From contig OZ249448.1 of NCBI GenBank assembly GCA_965235115.1, positions 18,972,001 to 19,036,000 on the forward strand: a stretch of 64,000 nt of DNA. The letters are read 5' to 3'. Shown here in pieces: positions 1 through 12,449 of the stretch. Below the pieces are notes generated by a model that made no database searches, was not told where the DNA came from, and worked only from the letters and a program-made list of their open reading frames with translations. The stretch's first letter is position 1, and each line of letters begins with the position of its first letter. Source of the DNA: Laetmonice hystrix (taxonomy: Eukaryota). A program made the translations under genes and the position numbers.

Positions 1-1317
1 CAGTTTAATCGTTTAACAAAATAACCGTTCAAAATATAAGGCCACATCTTTAGAGATAATTAACCTCTTCTATATACGCCATGGGCGTAGTAAGCACTCA
101 AATAGAAATAAAAGAAAACGTTCATAATGTTTAAAACAATTGATTATAATACATGAATTTCATAAGTGTATATAGGAACGGTTGACCACTTCTAAGTGTA
201 CACAATGCTGGACACTTTATTCATAATGTAGGTCACTTAAATAATCATAGCGTTTGGAAGCGATTCTCCGCGTGTACTTTCTGTGTCAGCTATCAACTCA
301 TCAACTCGGTATAAAGACGGTCACACCATTGGCCAGCATTCAGATTCAGCCTTTCTTTGTATAATATTAGACAATTCAGGAGTTAATCAAAACATCACAT
401 AACGCATACAGTTTTCAATATTCCTTTTCCTAAACGGCCGGTAAAGGCAGATAAAGGAAGTTTTCCGAGTTAATGAAATTCACTAAGATTTCCAGCATAC
501 TGTCTAAAAGAAAGAAGGCGCACAATAAAACCAAAAATACAGGATCACAGCTCACCAGGTTTTAATTAAAACCACTTTGAATATAAGAATCCATATCTTC
601 GTTAGAAATAGGAGCGATGAAGCTAGCGCTAACACGTCACAAGTTAGTAAATAAAGTGTTCTCCAAGTACTTAATACCTTCTGGTTATGTCATGTTGCCA
701 CACGAAAAGCATGAACATGATATGTTTCATCAAGATATGCAGTATAACAAGTTCTGAAATATATATAAAATTATGGCATACGTCTTGTGTTTATTTTTAG
801 TTCCCAGCAAAGATTTATTATAAAAACACCAAAAAGTATATTTCTGGCACGTCCAGCTGACTTCCATTCTGCCCCCCCCCCCCCTTCATTTTTTTCTGGG
901 TTATATTTTGATGGCGCCCGTGTTGGGTTGGGGGTGTACTTTGAACACTGAACTGATGGTACAGAGTTCTGCCTTCACAAGCCGGGGAGTGTGCCAGCCA
1001 ATAATTAAATTACCCGTCTCTCACTCTTTCTCTCTCTCCCACACGGCGCACGACATCTCCCCCAGATGTCGACAGCCCACCAACACCGGGGTGTTACCCC
1101 CACCCCTACCCTCATCTCAGCCACCCCGGCCGGGTGTCACCCTCCCCGTGCCGCCTCCCCGGCCCCTGAGGCCCCCGCCCCGGTACCGTCCATGGCCACA
1201 CCCCCAACACGACAACAATGGACTACAGCACACCCGCCCCTTACACAAACACAACGGGTGTACACTTGAACACCAGCCAGGCGAAAATTGGCCCGAATTT
1301 AATAAAGTAAATTGTGG

Positions 1318-1466
1318 TCAGGTGTGACAGAAGGTGTTGGAGCTTTGTAATGACTTTTGGACCGGTCGTCGCTGCGTGACTGGCTTCATGGGGACGTTTT
1401 GCTCATTTTTTCTCTTCAAGGTCACTGACTGCTCTACTCGAAAGGCCCCCCCCACCCCCACCGAGT
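1318..1466 (-). CDS. Candidate last exon or alternative C-terminus of the unnamed minus-strand gene (phase 1: DSVGVGGAFRVEQSVTLKRKNEQNVPMKPVTQRRPVQKSLQSSNTFCHT*); may be purely 3' UTR
   Basis: Strong acceptor ttttcctgtctttctcaag (AG at 1468-1467); open in phase 1 to TGA at 1318; phase-compatible with the donor at 19283. Confidence 0.3.
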
Positions 1467-1927
1467 CTTGAGAAAGACAGGAAAATGTCAGGAATCTTTT
1501 TATCTTTTTAAAAATAAAATAAAACAATGATACTAAATGACACTAAAAAAAGGTTGTGTGAAGGTCGAATTTTAATGGAATACGGATCTCATTAGTGCGA
1601 CAATACATCCTTCCCCTATTGTATAAGTTATACTCACTCCGCTAAAAATAGGTATTTGATTTATTCACGATGGATGCTCCGGGTTCCTCCTACTTTATCT
1701 TTGTAATGAAGTATCTTCTGAAGCTCATTTCAACAAAGTCAAGGACGTTCCCTGCCCTAGTCTCCGAGCTGTCCGTGTCATACAGTTGGCCGGGGTGTGT
1801 GGAGGCAGTCCGCCGGCCGTAGGTCGCCCCGACTCCCGGGACGAACAGCCCTGCGGGCCCGGCCCACATACACCTCCACCGTCCACGGTAAACGTCACTC
1901 GGCCACTCGACAGGTCAACTTCTCGGG

Positions 1928-2532
1928 AAAACCCTGTCTCCTGTCCCCCATCACCCACTGCCGACACGGGAGTGTGCCGACACACTCACCCACTGCCGAC
2001 ACACTCACCCACTCCCAACACACTCACCCACTGCCGACGTGAAACCCTGTCTCCTGCCCCCCATCACCCACTGCCGACACGGGAGTGTGCCGACACACTC
2101 ACCCACTCCCAACACACTCACCCACTGCCGACGTGAAACCCTGTCTCCTGCCCCCCATCACCCACTGCCGACACACTCACCCACTCCCAACACACTCACC
2201 CACTGCCGACGTGAAACCCTGTCTCCTGTCCCCCATCACCCACTGCCGACACGGGAGTGTGCCGACACACTCACCCACTCCCGACACACACACCCACTCC
2301 CGACACACTCACCCACTCCCGACACACAGACACACTCCCGACACTCACCCACTCCCGACGTGAAGCCCTGTCTCCTGCCCCCCCCCCCCATCACCCACTC
2401 CCGACGTGAAACCCTGTCTCATGCCCCCCCCCCCCATCACCCACTCCCGACGTGAACCCTATCTCCTGCCCCCTATCACCCACTGCCCACACACTCACCC
2501 ACTGCCGACACACCCACCCACTCCCGACACAC
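1928..2532. repeat. Composite C/A-rich minisatellite built from ~19-bp (ccgacacactcacccactg/c) and ~35-bp (gtgaaaccctgtctcctgccccccatcacccactg) modules
   Basis: Modules repeat visibly in varying order; some units carry gggagtgtg, the reverse complement of cacactccc. Explains ORFs 1786-2455. Confidence 0.9.
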
Positions 2533-3636
2533 AAAGAGGCGAGTATACCACAACTCAAACGAGGGTGAAGTCAACTCTTCATTGAGGGTGGTAGGGACAT
2601 GGTGAAGAGGGTTACCACAGCTGTACGCCAGTACACGGGAGTCGGGAATGGGGGCGGGGGTCTCATGTCTTTGTCAGCGTTTAGTGTTGTCCTCAACACC
2701 TGGGCCGGGCAGTGGCAAGGAAGATTTAACTCACTAAACATCACAAGAAAGCTGTTAGAGGACTTTCTCTACGCCATATACATGTACTTCAATATCAACT
2801 GACAATTTGCCAAACGATCGATTATCGCCTTAAATGATGAAATCGAAATGGTCCTCCAATATCCATGTCTGCCTCTGATCATGGGTTCGATCTTTTACTT
2901 TCTAAACTTGATGGCAATCGTCAGTACAATCGGTCCTGTAGTAGGCAAGGACCCTCAGAGATATACGATCAAACATGTACTGCTCGCCTTGTGTATCTTA
3001 CACGGTTAGGTGGTATTAATTTGTTTGAGGTTGAAGTGTGGCACTGGGCTGTGTTGATCTATGCCACTGAAACATGGAATATTTTCTCAACCACCTATAG
3101 CAGGTATAGGAGTAATTTCTATCGAATAAATACTATAGCGATATAATAGTGTGTGGGTGCCTGGGTAGAAGGGGGGGGGGGTTTAACATTAATTTACAAT
3201 ACATTAAAATCTACTTTTCTTTTTGATGCGAGACTATAATACTTACAGCGGTCTCAATATTATGTCATGTTTTACGTTATGTTATCACTTTGAAATTTAT
3301 TTCACTATCAAATGTCTTAGAAAGGTTAAGAACATATAAGAAAATATTTTGAAAAAATACACACATTATGGCACGGAGTATATCAAAGACACCTATATTT
3401 GTGTGTATTTTTCGTTGTCTGTCTCAGTAGGAGGGAGGGGCATACAGTTTGACTGGTTTAGTGCCCAAAAAATACAACAGGACCTGCATGTGAGTATAGG
3501 GTTTATATAAACTAATTAGGTAAACCTTTTATATTAAGCAGCAGGGGTTGCCGACAACACTGATAGGGTTTCGTTCAGGGAGTATATATATAATATATAT
3601 AACGACGATTCCTATTGGTCCGTTCACCTTGCCTCC

Positions 3637-3806
3637 TTAGTTGGACGAATCCGGAGACCCGTTATTTCCGGGAAACACGAGCACGTGTTCGATACTGTGA
3701 GGTGGCGAGGGGCGAGCGTCGAACGATGCTCCCCGACTGCGGCAACTACTGCCACCTGATCCTGAACTAGAGCTGAGATTTTCAATGCTGCCCTGGTACA
3801 TATCAA
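3637..3806 (-). CDS. Candidate stop-containing coding exon of an unnamed gene: (V)DMYQGSIENLSSSSGSGGSSCRSRGASFDARPSPPHSIEHVLVFPGNNGSPDSSN*
   Basis: Strong acceptor ctgtctccgtttcttctcgttccag; the Ser run uses four different codons (AGC TCT AGT TCA); TAA at 3639-3637 is followed 9 nt later by donor AAG|gtgaac (exon end 3628). Confidence 0.55.
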
Positions 3807-4256
3807 CTGGAACGAGAAGAAACGGAGACAGCACTTAAACAATGCTAACATTGGGAACGTGTTGGGAACAATTAACTACACCCTAATACCTGACGGTTAA
3901 CTGTTCAATAAACCGATCAAATAACACTCAACTATCTACAACAATTAAATCAAACAGGCACAACAAAACAACAACAAAACAGGCACAACAAAACAACAAC
4001 AAAAACCGGCCCTCTGATCGGGGGATCAAAAAAAGGACCTTTCAAACGAAAAAATCGCAGAACATTAATTTTATATTGTTTGAAAGAAAGAATTATCGCG
4101 AAGAGGATATTTCATTTATTTTATGTCCTGTATTTCCTGTCCCACAATGACAAAATATATCATTTCAGTAATATTACACCATTGCTGGATGAGCACACTG
4201 GTCGAAACGCCCTTTGATCACACTGATGGATGATAAAAACACTGAGAACGGCAGTC

Positions 4257-4615
4257 GGACCATGTACACATTGAAGGAGAATGATGAACGTACCATTGTA
4301 GTACAATATAAGGTGGACCATGTATACACATTGAAGGAGAATGATGAACGTGCCATTGTAGTACAATATAAGGTGGACCATGTATACACATTGAAGGAGA
4401 ATGATGAACGTCCCATTGTAGTACAATATAAGGTGGACCATGTATACACATTGAAGGAGAATGATGATCGTACCATTGTAGTACAATATAAGGTGGACCA
4501 TGTATACACATTGAAGGAGAATGATGAACGTGCCATTGTAGTACAATATAAGGTGGACCATGTATACACATTGAAGGAGAATGATAAACGTGCCATTGTA
4601 GTACAATATAAGGTG
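4257..4615. repeat. 60-bp minisatellite, 6 copies
   Basis: Unit ggaccatgtatacacattgaaggagaatgatgaacgtgccattgtagtacaatataaggt at exact 60-bp spacing; generates ORFs 4160-4691. Confidence 0.95.
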
Positions 4616-7224
4616 ATAAATGTCGGTGTTTCCTGACCGTATATAGTGGGTATATAGGCGTACAGTGAAGGGAGTTATGGCACAATGTCACACAGATGAT
4701 CCAGAGCGATTATCGGAGGTGTTGTAAAGTATGACGTAATATTATAGAGGCGCCATGACGAGAGCCTGGCGCCTCTCATACCTCCGTCCCCCCGTCCAGG
4801 CAGGCGCCATGGTTTTGTTATAACAATCATACATTTATGAACCGGTATTTTCACAGGCTCTCAACGAATATGGCAAACGAGCCGAAACGGTTATGGCCTG
4901 CAGAGTGTGTGCTAATTGAGACTGAGGTTTACAAAATGGCCGACTGGTTGGGTGGGAGATATGATCATCATGAATCAAACCAAGCGGTCGACTGGCCACG
5001 TCTGATGACAACTCAGTGGGAACGACACAAAAAGCTGTCAATATAGGCGCGGTATGAAAATGGCTTCAATAGAGGACTGTAGGATTTACTGGTGGCGATT
5101 GCCATGATAAGACCAGGGTCTGGGATATGGTATACGTATCCACATGTATCCCATGGAGAACACCATTAGCACACTATTAATCTTAGTGAACTTGTCAATT
5201 ATTCACACCCATGGAGCTCGTTTTGGTGCTAATACCACCACCACCACCACACCACAGCCGTCGGCGCCCACTGCAACCTTCAGTAAATGATGACCAACGT
5301 TTTCTATAATCCACCCTAGGATATATTTTACAAGATTATCTCTCTCTGATAGCCTTCTGGGATCAGCGGCCACTAGTAATCTAGCGACCTCAACCTGGAG
5401 GTATAACTAGCGTGGGAACGGCAGCAGGTTAATCATTGTAAGTGGCACTGTATTACCCAGTACAGCTACGTCACTAACACCATCAGTGTGCCCATTTACT
5501 TTGATTTATGACACGTATATATTGGCATAGGGACCAGCGTCCCATACCATTGGATAACCTTGACTTACCGCACCCTAAATATCAATGTAATAATACAATC
5601 ACTGACCATTTGATGATTTATTATCATTACGCATGACCTCAATTTGTAAAGATTATTGTATCTTTACTCATGGAACATATTATATTTTTTAAAGATCGCC
5701 AAAAGTACAATATATGGCGCCTTGTACAAAACGTTGCTTTTACTATATTTTCAATCATCAATTAAATTAATGGCTACAACGTATTCCTACCCTATCTAAT
5801 TTGCATTGTGAACAAACTAATAAACATTTTCGTGAAGGGTCAATTAGGGAAAGCCGAAAAAAATGATGTCAAACATTCTATCATGATATATAATTGAATG
5901 GGATAAGTTCTTCAGGGCCAACTCCTGTATATTAGAATACCCTCAGCAAGATCAAATGTTCATGCGAGATAAAACAAAATGTAGCCTGAAGCCATCGTAG
6001 TTTCCATGATGTCCGCCTACCATGCTCTGGGCGGTACATGGGAGCAGTACCGGGTTTGACTTAAGGCAGTGGTCAATATGCTGTTAGACGCCGGGTCAGA
6101 GGTCGCTGTCTACCACAGGCAATATGTATCGTGATTGCGTAATGTTACACCACTGTATATACAACGACCGGCCTCAACAAGTCCACTTTTACTCATATAC
6201 AAATACTACAACGTTCTTTATCCACGTGTACATGTGTACTTCCCACCAGTATATTTGACTGGACGGTCATTTAGAGCCCTCAATGAACAATGATGGCAGG
6301 CAATACTCTGTGAACGCCAGGAGGTACACATGACGAACCAGTGTGTGACACAGTTCAGATAACTCATCATTTACTCGGGTCAATGACAGTCCAAGAATTT
6401 CAAACCTAAAACAAGTTTCTGTTTTGTCTTGCCCGGTTGGAGAAGTCTTATCTCTCTCCATGAGACATGACAGTTGTCCTGGAGCCCCACAATGAGATCA
6501 GCCGTTCATTTACCTTGTCCACACTGCTGATCACTGAGAAGAATTCCCACGTTGTGGGTTTCAAACTATACAACTTGACGAGGTGACTGGACACGCTCTG
6601 TGCCACCAAACCTCTTGACTTCAAACTTGCTGGGGTTTCACATAATTGTGCGGAAACTCATATATTATCTGGTTATCAAGTATTTGGCTCATGTTAATTA
6701 GTGGTATTCAATTTACAGGGCGTAAATATTCCGAGATTTACTATGGGTTGCCTATAGCCTTCCACTTCACATAACTCGATATAGGAAGGAGAGATAACTT
6801 AATCCGTTCTTAAAGGGAATAGAAAAATTCCTCACTAACGTACCTTTGAACACCAGTAACACCATATAAGGTCACACCGATAAGTGGAACACGGTCAACG
6901 GCGACTTTTGAAAAATAGCGCCCGGGTCATTCGCTATTTCCCACGCGAGACAGCGGGAGCTATATCTATTAATAGATTGAGATAAGGGCCAAATAGGGTA
7001 AACAAACGGACGAAGCCAGCGGGAGAATGTCTCTACATTTCGGTTGATTATTCCTTTATTAAAGATCAGATAATCACAGAATTGTAGGTAAGAACAAGCT
7101 TGTTCATGCTGAACACCCTTATATTGATAGTTTGAACTTTTCTATTCCCTTTAATGCTTTGTCTCATTTCATGTTTCTCTCGATGTCCTGGGTCCTGACC
7201 ACTGTGTCACGAGGCCATCGTGTA

Positions 7225-7250
7225 CACGTGACGTGCCTGTCATGACGTCA
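7225..7250. promoter_or_regulatory. E-box (CACGTG) plus perfect CRE (TGACGTCA) motif pair
   Basis: CACGTG at 7225-7230 and TGACGTCA at 7243-7250; motif match only. Confidence 0.25.
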
Positions 7251-8442
7251 TCATTCTCCGGTCAGTGACCTCATTCTTAGGTCATTCACCTCTACAGGTC
7301 GTGTTTTTCTATCGGATTTCCTTTTTTCAGTGGGGAGCAATAATACGGCCAAAATAAAAATGTACGTTATTTGGTGTCAGTGTGTAAACATCTCGAAGAA
7401 TAAACTACCTGTGATGGCTGTTACCCACATACTTCCCACACTGACTGTTCCCTGTCTGTCCAGGTGATCGTGGCTGTACTGGCATGTAGCCATGGATTTC
7501 TCATGCCGAGCGTGATATATCATGCACATTAAGGATATATAAATCATCGCTATGTGTGTCGACCCCCCCCCCTCCCTCCCTCCTGGCCTTACACACAACA
7601 TCAGTTTGTGACACACACACAGACAGGACACAAGTTTGTAACTCCCTCAGCCCTCCCAACAGAGACTGCAGTATCTGCAAAATTGTGAAATTGAGAAAAT
7701 CAACCCTAAAGTTTATCTCTCGGCAGATACTGCAGTCTCTCTTGTGAGGGCAGCACTTTTCTCTGGTATAATCCAAGTAAAAAAAAACAAGTAAATTAAA
7801 TAGACGAACTAATAATGGAGCTGATATAAGAAAGTGAAGTGCAAGAGAGGCACCATCCGTGTATGGTTTTACTAAACAATTCTGTCAAGTTGTTTGTACA
7901 GAAAGTGGCCAGATTTCATGGCCTGTGTCACAGATTGTGTGAACACTATCCCCAACCATGCCGAACCTCTGGCTGGTATGACCTTGGACTATGACCTCAC
8001 TATATTGTTCTGTGCCACCATTGTCAACAGTGCCACAGTCACATTCCTTACACCCAGTATCGACCCCCCCCCCCCCAAGATCACCCTGCCTTCACCCTCC
8101 TCAGCCACACGCATAAAGAGTTCAACTTTGTCAAAAGCAATAAAATTCACCCAAAAAAAATTAAAATAAGCTTTAAAAGGGAGAGGGAATCCCCACCTTC
8201 ATGACCACATCTAGGGACCTTTCCAACATCAAACTGTATTTGACCCTAACACCTGCCGTGTGGTAGACGTTGTTTTGAAAAAGCTGGGGGGACTGAGGTG
8301 GTATTTAAACAATAGACTCCTGACAAAATGCAATGCAGGACAAAACTGAGTCAGTGACAAGGTCATGTATTCAGTTTATGAGTGACACATGAAACTTTAG
8401 GAACGACATCCGAACGTTTCCCCCTCGTTATGTAGACCTTAC

Positions 8443-8890
8443 CCATAACATACCGCCTGATAAATTACGAACAGGGCGCAGGGAGTTGGTAATATTGGCC
8501 CTCCCATTGGTTGGCCGCCATCGAGGTCACAGCGCCGTGACCAGACCCTATTCACACCGCATTCACACCTGTGATTGGCTGAGAACGAAATTACGGAGCG
8601 CGAGGAATTCATTCCGTCACCCAGTGAAAAACTAGACGCGTTCGGTTCGGCAAGGTGCAAATGAGACACCTTTTCTAATTTGTATCACATGGGGAGGAAT
8701 TCTATTAGGTGAAAGTACATCTGTCTGTTCATTGAGAGTGAAATCATGGGTGGGTCTGTGTCTATCAGAGTGGCACAGCTTGCACTGCCGGCCAGTGAAA
8801 TGTATCTTGTAATCGTGCACGTCTCTCGGGGACTTCACCACGCGCCACACAGCACAGCGCGCACTCCGTACGACAACACCACACTGACAC
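8443..8890 (-). promoter_or_regulatory. Candidate internal promoter / alternative first exon ending ATG G|gtaagg
   Basis: CpG-containing stretch with CCAAT motifs; donor TGG|gtaagg at 8443/8442; ATG at 8446-8444 has an in-frame stop upstream and is phase 1, matching exon 3806. Confidence 0.3.
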
Positions 8891-9160
8891 TGAATACCAT
8901 TCTCTCGTAAATTCATCATAATTATAGGCTTCTCTAAATATCCAGTCTTTGTTCTATGTCTGATCAGTATTCTTCACACATCAACACTTTCCTTTCTAAT
9001 AAAAATCACATTATTATCTTTTTTTACGATAGTTTTTCTTGTCATGTTTGCATTTAATGTTACCAGCTTTCACAAGGTGATCTGACATTCGAAAAATTTC
9101 ATACGCAAAACGGTATTTGTTCGAGGACATGAGAAAACTGTATACACATTTATCAGTTAC

Positions 9161-9290
9161 TCATTGTAGAAACCGGCATCATACGGGGCACACATGTCCT
9201 TTATCAGGATCGACAACTGGTTTGCACCCTTTTTATGACCTGTAAAAATAGGTGAAACCGTCCTAGTGCAAGCAGACATGTGTGGCTCAG
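9161..9290 (-). CDS. Candidate cassette exon (phase 1 in, phase 2 out): AEPHMSACTRTVSPIFTGHKKGANQLSILIKDMCAPYDAGFYN
   Basis: Long T-rich acceptor ending ttttattgacag; donor TGA|gtaact; open frame; no family recognised. Confidence 0.25.
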
Positions 9291-10264
9291 CTGTCAATAA
9301 AACTTTAGTAAGAACAAAAACAAAACAGAAAACAAAAATCGAAAGAGCACCATGGCCGCAGACAAGTGGCATTCTGTCATTAAATCAAGTTTTGTTCAAT
9401 ATGTGACGGATGTAGGGCTAGAAACTGACAGAATCAAAAATAAAAATACAAGTCAGACGGGACATTTAATGAAAAATCGAACAACTCGTCGCTTTGGTTC
9501 CAAAAACATTCTCAGTTGTTCAGAAACTCTTAACAGGAATGTATTACATCTCAGGTTATAATCCAGAAGCACACTTAAAGAGCTGCGTACAACCTGGTGT
9601 ATTATGACCGATATAATGCATACATTTCAAGACTTTGTATTCTTTGTAAAGTAGACCAATTTCAGCCAAACGCAGACCACAACCGTTGCCAGTAAACGAT
9701 GATGTTCTAACATACGAACATGTCAATTTTCCAAGTGATGTGCAACACCTGTCTAAACATATTGAGGTGACATTCGAGGTCCGTACCAAATTAATTTATT
9801 CCTCATTGTTATATACAACAGGACATCGCAAACTCACACTATAGATGCTGGGAGAATTCTAATAGGTGCCATAAATACTAGACTCGCGTGGCAAAAACCC
9901 TTGAAAGTTCCAAACAAAAAGAAATATGCTGTAAAATAATTCCATAAAGGATCTCCCCCCCCCGGCAAATCATCCTAACTGAAGCTTTACACCTAAAACG
10001 GTATGAATGAGTTGGCGTGATGTTAAATGAGTGTAATTATCAAAGTGTAAGTGGGTGCATGTACTACATCAAGTTGAAATATCCTACTACTTTCTGGGTC
10101 AATCGTATAGGACGCGTACTTTATACGGGTGACTACAGAAACGGGCATGAACCTGATTCCAGACCTCAGGACACATTGTCTCCTTGCACCAAGCCACCAA
10201 CAAGTCGGTAAGGTCTTGATTATAACTTCTTCAGTCGGTCTTACTATCATCAACTACAAACGGA

Positions 10265-10409
10265 CAAAACTAAGGTTTAAACCGAAACTTTAGGACGTTC
10301 GTATAGGTCTTCGCCATGCATATTGGACTTCTGGAACAAAACTAAGGTTCAAACCTAAACTTTAGGACGTCCGTATAAGTCTTCGCCAATGCATATTGGA
10401 CTTCTGGAA
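10265..10409. repeat. Tandem duplication of a ~72-bp segment
   Basis: caaaactaaggtt...tattggacttctggaa occurs twice head-to-tail with a few substitutions. Confidence 0.9.
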
Positions 10410-12426
10410 ACGTTCTAAGTAATTAAAAAAATTGCGTTTCAAACAGAGTTTCTTCTCTTCACTTCAACTGTTGGATGTTGGTTTGACAGCATAACATAAC
10501 AAATGGAAATGAGAAATAATAACTTACATCACTATCAGACAGAGAAGCTATCGAAAAAAAGAAGACAGCTGACAAAAGGAAAGGCCGGATACAATGTCTG
10601 CCTCTGATATTTATATCGCCTGAGAAGGTAAAAACCAATATCACTGAATGAAGATTGAATCGTGGCCACATGTTAAAACAAAATGTTTTTGTTGACAGAA
10701 TTCTCCAGGTTCATTTAATAACACATTTAGGTATTCGTGGCCTAAGTGTCACCTGACTGACAGCACTGGGCCTGAATGAGCCATCTTTTTGTCTCCTAAG
10801 TGTCGGATTATTTTCAGTGTATGTTTGAAAGAGCTGCTAATTCTCTTTCCAGCGCGGCTAAATCTGGCTTCAAAGTGCCGTTCGGGATGAGTGCCTTTGT
10901 CCCCGTTTCCCTTTTTGTCCCCCACGAGATGGAGACTGATGTGGCCACCGACCGACCGACCGACTGACTGACAGCCGCGACCATTTACCCACAATTCATC
11001 AGCAGACGCGGCTCTGTCAAAACGCCGCTCCCAGCAAACGTCGCCAACGAATTCTGCGTACCGACTCCTCTGATCGGTGTTGATTGTGACGGTTTGGTAT
11101 AAGCAGAAGTTGAGGCTCTCGATTAGTGAGAAGTGACCAAGTCTAAAGTCTGGTCGGCCCACTACGGTCGTCCGTCAATACCAGCATGTGTAAAATAGCT
11201 TGGCAATGTGCAATGATACTATGACTACAAGAGCTTGCTCATCGGATCTCTTTACGCTAAGCCGCAGTTAACAAACGATTCTATGTTGATGTTTAGGCTT
11301 TGTACACGCTCAACATTCCCGCGGTGAAAAGGAAACAACAGTAATGGTGCAGCAGAGAGTGTAGCCATGGATTTCGCTAGACGCTGCGCAAATAATGGCA
11401 AGAAAAGGCGAACTCTAGTGTCAACAGAACGCGCGCCCAGTGGCTGTGTACGGGTCACGGGCCGCTTGACGCCAGTCAGTCTACACCCTTGTGTGTACAA
11501 CACACTCTCTGTGTGCTAACTAAAGGGGTGGGTGGCCGTGGGGCGGGCAAGGGGGTGGTGGAGGTGTACCTGCAATTTACCCCCACTGAGGGGTATGTTA
11601 GTGAGCCTACCATTCCACTCCTCACAGAGGATGCCCCTTCAAGGCTGAACGAGCACCCCATCAGCACTCTGGCAGTAGCTTCGAAATACCTCCTGACAAA
11701 ATCACACCGTCTAGTGACAGGCCAGACTCGATCAACCTGGTCAAGTATTCCGGATTACCACACACAAGTGACAGTCCACTGTTATTCTTGGCGCCTTTCT
11801 CTCAATGCGGTGTGCCCGCAAAGTGTATGGAGGGGGTGAAATAAAGAAAGAACAAATACCAGTAAAATCGACCTTGGTTAAAACATGCCCTAAATACATT
11901 TAGTCCCTTCCTTTCAACCACATGAGATTAAACCCAAACATTTCCCTCCGGTGTCTAACGGGAGTTAGCGGATTATTCCTCACAAACATTTACCAGTGTC
12001 AACAATCTACTCACCTAATAATATATCCAACCTGTCAACGGAATCAATGGATATTGCTGTGAATTTTATTCTATAAACCTATGTATTTATTATCCCGTTT
12101 CTCATCCATGTTCCACACTATTTTTACTCACCCAGGAAGGGATATTCTAGTAATACATGCAAATTACGTTGAAATAACTACAAGGTCAACCCCCCTGAGG
12201 TTCCTTCGATAGCAAGCTATCCTTTCGTTGACCCCAACATTGGACATTAGCTGCAGATTTTGAGACTGATGTTCAATGATGCTGAAACTACTACGATTAC
12301 ATGATTGGTACTGACTCGGAATGAAAACGTCCATGGTAGCCGCAGATAGTGGCTGTGAGATCAGTGGACTGAGTACGGGCCGAGATGATCGCGCCAGGTC
12401 AATGGACGGAGGCCGTCCGCCTGGTC

Positions 12427-12449
12427 GTCATGACGTCATCCATCACGTG
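12427..12449. promoter_or_regulatory. Perfect CRE plus E-box motif pair
   Basis: TGACGTCA at 12431-12438 and CACGTG at 12444-12449; shares the 14-mer gtcatgacgtcatc with the site at 7240. Confidence 0.25.
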
